From: Marsupella aquatica
Taxonomy: Eukaryota; Plantae; Marchantiophyta
Length of the DNA stretch: 64,000 nucleotides
Direction of reading: 5' to 3'
Assembly (NCBI GenBank): GCA_973895155.1
Contig: OZ316899.1
Coordinates: 8,311,241 to 8,375,240, forward strand
Shown here: positions 60,050-64,000 of the stretch, one piece after another
Numbering within the stretch: the stretch's first letter is position 1
Layout of the letters: every line of letters begins with the position of its first letter
The notes under the pieces: model-generated
Told to the model about the DNA's origin: nothing
Database searches by the model: none
What the model saw: only the letters and a program-made list of their open reading frames with translations
Made by a program: the position numbers and the translations under genes

Positions 60050-63000
60050 GTGTGTATAGTGATGGCTCCAAGGTTGCCTCTTCACAACCCATGTAGGATT
60101 AGGCATCATGATTCTAAATTGTGGATGCGTGAACAAGCCCGGGCCGCCCAAGGTAGGAGTAGGAGGATGAGATGCCCATGCACACAGTGCCAAGGATTCA
60201 AGTCGTTGAGTTTGAACACTGTGCACCTTCACCTGCTGCGGCATGAAAGGCACCCTCGGTGGAGGGTTTGGAATGTACCAGCAGAAGAAGACTCCTCTGA
60301 TGAAGAGTGGAGAGTTGACTTTGTGGATTCTAATACAGCTAGGCGTAGAGACTACGTAGAGCATGACATAGATAGTGCAGAGGATGGTCCTGGGGTCCAA
60401 CATGAGAACATGGATGACCAAGATGGAGATGCAGAGGCAGTCACTGAGGACGGTGGGATGGATGTCCCAAGAATGGTTCAAGAGATTTTTGAAGACCTTG
60501 ATGCTTTTTACAACACAGTGGAATCAGAAGAGGACAATGAATCGCAGCCACACATTGGAGTAGGCCCACCTGAACCTGACTTTGACATCGGGGAAGGTGC
60601 AGTAGAGAGGGAGTGGGTGTTTGGGGGCCCAAAACACATCAAAGAAGCTTGTATTCCTATCTACAAGGGGTCAAATTGCTCCAAGCTGGGTTATGTTGTG
60701 TTGTTGTTGAACATCTGTGGCAATCACAATGTTCCCAATATATTTGTGACAGAGTTGTTGACCTTCTTGTGCTTAAATGTGTTACCAGATGGTAATTCAA
60801 TTCCAAAAAATATGTACGAGGCTAGGAAATTGATGTCTAACCTTGGGCTGAACTATGTGTCTATTGACGCATGCCCTGATGGGTGTGTTCTCTTTTGCAA
60901 AGAGCATGCAGATAAATTGACATGCCCTCATTGTGGTAAGCACAGGTACAAGAATGTAGGGAAATGTACACACCCTGCCAAGGTTCTTCGTCATTTTCCT
61001 CTCATTCCTAGACTACAACGTCTGTTTAGATGCCCTGCCATTTCCAAGCTGATGACATGGACTTATGATAACAACAGCAGTGATGGCTGCAGCGTCACAT
61101 TGGAGATTCCAACCATTGGAAATTTGTTGATGTGAGGTGGCCACAATTTGCTGCAGAGAAGCGGAACTTTCAATTTGGTCTATCACTGGATGGAGTAAAC
61201 CCATTTGGAGACAAAAACAACCGTTATTCATGTTGGCCAGTTACGCTGCTAAATTACAACCTTCCCCCATGGATGACTACAAAGAGGTTTTTTGTGATGA
61301 TGGTGCTGCTAATCCCTGGACCAGCTTCTGTGACCGAGCAATTCATAGATATCATGTTGGCTCCAGCAGTGGAAGAGTGGAAGACTTTGTGGATAGAAGG
61401 GGTGTTAACCCATGATGTTCTGAAGGGGCTTCTTCGACCCAGCCCCTTTAGACTGCATGCAATTTGTTTGCTGGATATAGCAGATTACCCAGGCCATGGC
61501 ATCATATCTGGACGAGTGACAAAGGGCTATGTGGGGTGCACACCATGTGGGAAAAATGTGACAAGTGAGTGGTTGCATGCCCTGCACAGTATGAAATTTC
61601 AGGGGCATAGAAGGTATCTGCCTGTTGATCATCCTTACAGGCACACACGGTCTCAAATTGCACACTTCAACAACAAAACAAAGCCTCGTGGCCCACCACA
61701 GAGGGTCACCAGAGAGCAAGTCTTGAGGTGGGCAGCCAGGAAGGCTGATTGGGACAAGAGAAGTGTCACTGATCGAGAACTTGAGGATCCAGTGGTGAAA
61801 CACGGTGTGAAAAGACATACCTTGATGGACTTGGAGTTGGAGTACTGGAGGGTAATGTACTTAGCCTTCAGCCCCTGTATGATCTACATTTTAGATTGGA
61901 GCAATGGTGGATTGATGTTGGTTACAATCCTCCTATTTGGTTAATTAGTGTTTCTGTTGTTGAATTCTTTGCTTTGTGGAGTGCAGGAATTCGAGCCCAA
62001 CAAACACAATGTGGACGTCATGCACATTGAGAAAAATATTTGTGAGAGCTTGCTGAAGTTCTTGTCGGGTGAGAAAGATACAGGAGCAGTTCGAGCTGAT
62101 ATGCAACAGAAGGGGATTCGCCCTCACCTTTGGTTGAAGCCCCATGCAAGCAATCCCAATGTACTTCTCAAGTTCCAAGCTCCCTATGTGTGCACACAGG
62201 AAGAATGGAAGACATTCTTGTATAGATTGAGCTGTCTGAAAGTGCCCTCTGGCTATGCTGGTGCCTTCAAGAAGCATATTACAAAGAATAAACTTGGCAG
62301 TATGAAAACACATGACTACCATGTGTTGATGCAGCACACTTTGCCCCTATGCCTTAGAGGTCTCATGCAAAAACCAGTCCGTAATGTCATTCTTCGACTG
62401 TGCAATGTATTTCCCCGTATATGTGTGAAAGTGTGGGATCCCCAAGGATTGGAGCAGTTGAAGCAGGATGCTGCTTATGTCCTCTGTGACTTGGAGATAT
62501 ACTTCCCCCCTGCTTTCTTTGATGTTATGACTCATCTCCTAATCCATGTGGTAGAAGAGCTAGGGTAGTATGGGCCAGTCAGTACAAGATGGATGTACCC
62601 TATGGAGCGATACATGAAGTTGTTGAAAGGTCATGTGAGAACATACTACAGGCCAGAGGCTTCCATGGCATTGGGGTACATTAAGGATGAGACGTTGGGG
62701 TTCCTAACAGAGTACATGGCGGGGTCTGGTGAAGCTATGACAAGAGTTTGGAAATCTGGTGAAGATGATGGAGTGAGTGGCAAGGTTGTTGAAGGTGTGG
62801 GACATGCTGTGCAACAGTCTGTTGCGATTCAAGACAAGGCTCATTCATATGTGCTGGCAAACACAGAGCCTATGCAACCATGGTGGAGGTGAGTGATTGA
62901 ATTGGCTTGCCTTTGTTGTGATGCTTCTTGTCTATTCCAAGGGTGATCTTAGGTTGTCATGTGTTGTTTAGACCTAACTATGCCTGTACCTCATATTGCA

Positions 63001-63759
63001 GGGAATATGATATGCAAAAAGCTGCACACTCTGGGCAGCAGGATCCCTTCCCACAGTTCGAGCAGTTGATTTTGGGTGGCAATTTGAGAGCATAGTAGAC
63101 ATCACCCAAATATGGAGAAGGATTTGTATCTATCTGTGCCACCACGATTGTCTATTCTGACCTACAAACGGATGAGAGCTTATGGAAATCATTATCGAGT
63201 GAGGGATGAGCAGGGTGACCATTGTGTATCATATGATTGTGGTTTGATATATGTGTTTGAGCAGAGAACCTCTGAAGAATAGAGGGGGTGGATGAAGATG
63301 GGTTACGTGGGGGAGTTGACAGACATTTGGGTCTTGAATTATGGTAACACAAGTGTCCCTGTAATATTGATGAAGGGAGCATGGGTGAAATCAGAATGGC
63401 AGAGGCCAAGGGCCACCATGAAGCATGATCCTGATGGGTTCTTGTTGGCCAATTTTAGGTCCAGAGTACCAGAATGGTCTGAGCCTTTTGTTTTCCCTAG
63501 CCAAGTTGAATAGGCTTTCTTTCTAGATGTGGAGGGGTCACATGACTGGAGGGTGGTATGCCATAGCCAAGCACGGAACAGGCGAATGGATGGAAGTAAA
63601 GTAGAGTTAAGTTTGGATGACCATGCTACATTTGAGCATCCTAGTCAGGAGACTGTAGTTCCAACTCGGATAGGGACCGACTTCATCCCGTTAACATTGA
63701 GAGAGACATATGATGAACCTGGGGAGATGGAATATGATGAGGTTGATGATGTGCAATAG
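60050..63759 (+). pseudogene. CACTA/En-Spm (Tnp2/TnpD-like) transposase, spliced and disrupted
   Basis: MRCPCTQC..HL, IDACPDGCVLF..CPHC, LSLDGVNPF, DVMHIEKN, KTHDYHV, FPPAFFDVMTHL, WMYPMERY and EPFVFPSQV. Frameshift at ~61090; TAG stops at 62566 and 63511. Confidence 0.93.
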
Positions 63760-64000
63760 GCAACAGTTGGCAATTGGCAAGTATGAGGTTGAGGTTGACT
63801 ACCTGCACAGAGTCACAGAACGGGAATTGCTGCATGGAATGATGTTTAGGATAGTTGGATATGCATGAAATTGATTGATACTTTGAATCTAGTGTGTTGA
63901 TTCTCCCTGTTTGGTTGTGGGTGCTGTGCAGAAGCTATGGGGGAAGAGGGTGATGACATGGAGACAGACATGGGGCTTGGAGAGTGGGGTGAAGAGGAAA

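Larger units (their letters stand above)
37898..64000 (+). mobile_element. Large CACTA (En/Spm) element, right end outside the window
   Basis: CACTAGTAGAAA terminus at 37898 and an En/Spm transposase at 60050-63759 on the same strand. Linking the two is inference because the second TIR is not in the window. Confidence 0.55.

Overview
This window is eukaryotic land-plant DNA made almost entirely of nested transposable elements. It has spliceosomal introns and CG/CHG-type C-to-T decay; a non-seed plant is my guess, not a determination. I found no ordinary host gene, rRNA or tRNA. From left to right it holds: (1) a decayed, intron-containing Sola2-type transposase; (2) two copies of a 3.2-kb TG..CA unit with 5-bp target-site duplications (TSDs) that carries its own ORF; (3) a large decayed MULE-like (GCM-DDE-SWIM) element interrupted by a 1.4-kb solo LTR and by a very young full-length Ty1/copia element; (4) a deleted Gypsy remnant; (5) a large CACTA element starting near 37898, with candidate cargo resembling an EDM2-type PHD, BRCT and F-box domains; (6) inside it, a ~13-kb element with terminal inverted repeats (TIRs) at about 45029-58181. 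The main observation is that two unrelated DNA transposons share one layout. In each, the transposase lies head-to-head with a gene for a ParB/Srx-like domain fused to a beta-class N4C/N6A DNA-methyltransferase-like domain. Each also has its own palindrome, arrayed between the two genes and placed in the introns of the ParB-MTase gene: TAGCGCCWGGCGCTA in one and TTGGACTGGGA-NNN-TCCCAGTCCAA in the other. This resembles a transposon-encoded, parS-like self-recognition or anti-silencing module. That function is inference; family assignments rest on motif recognition by eye, without database searches.
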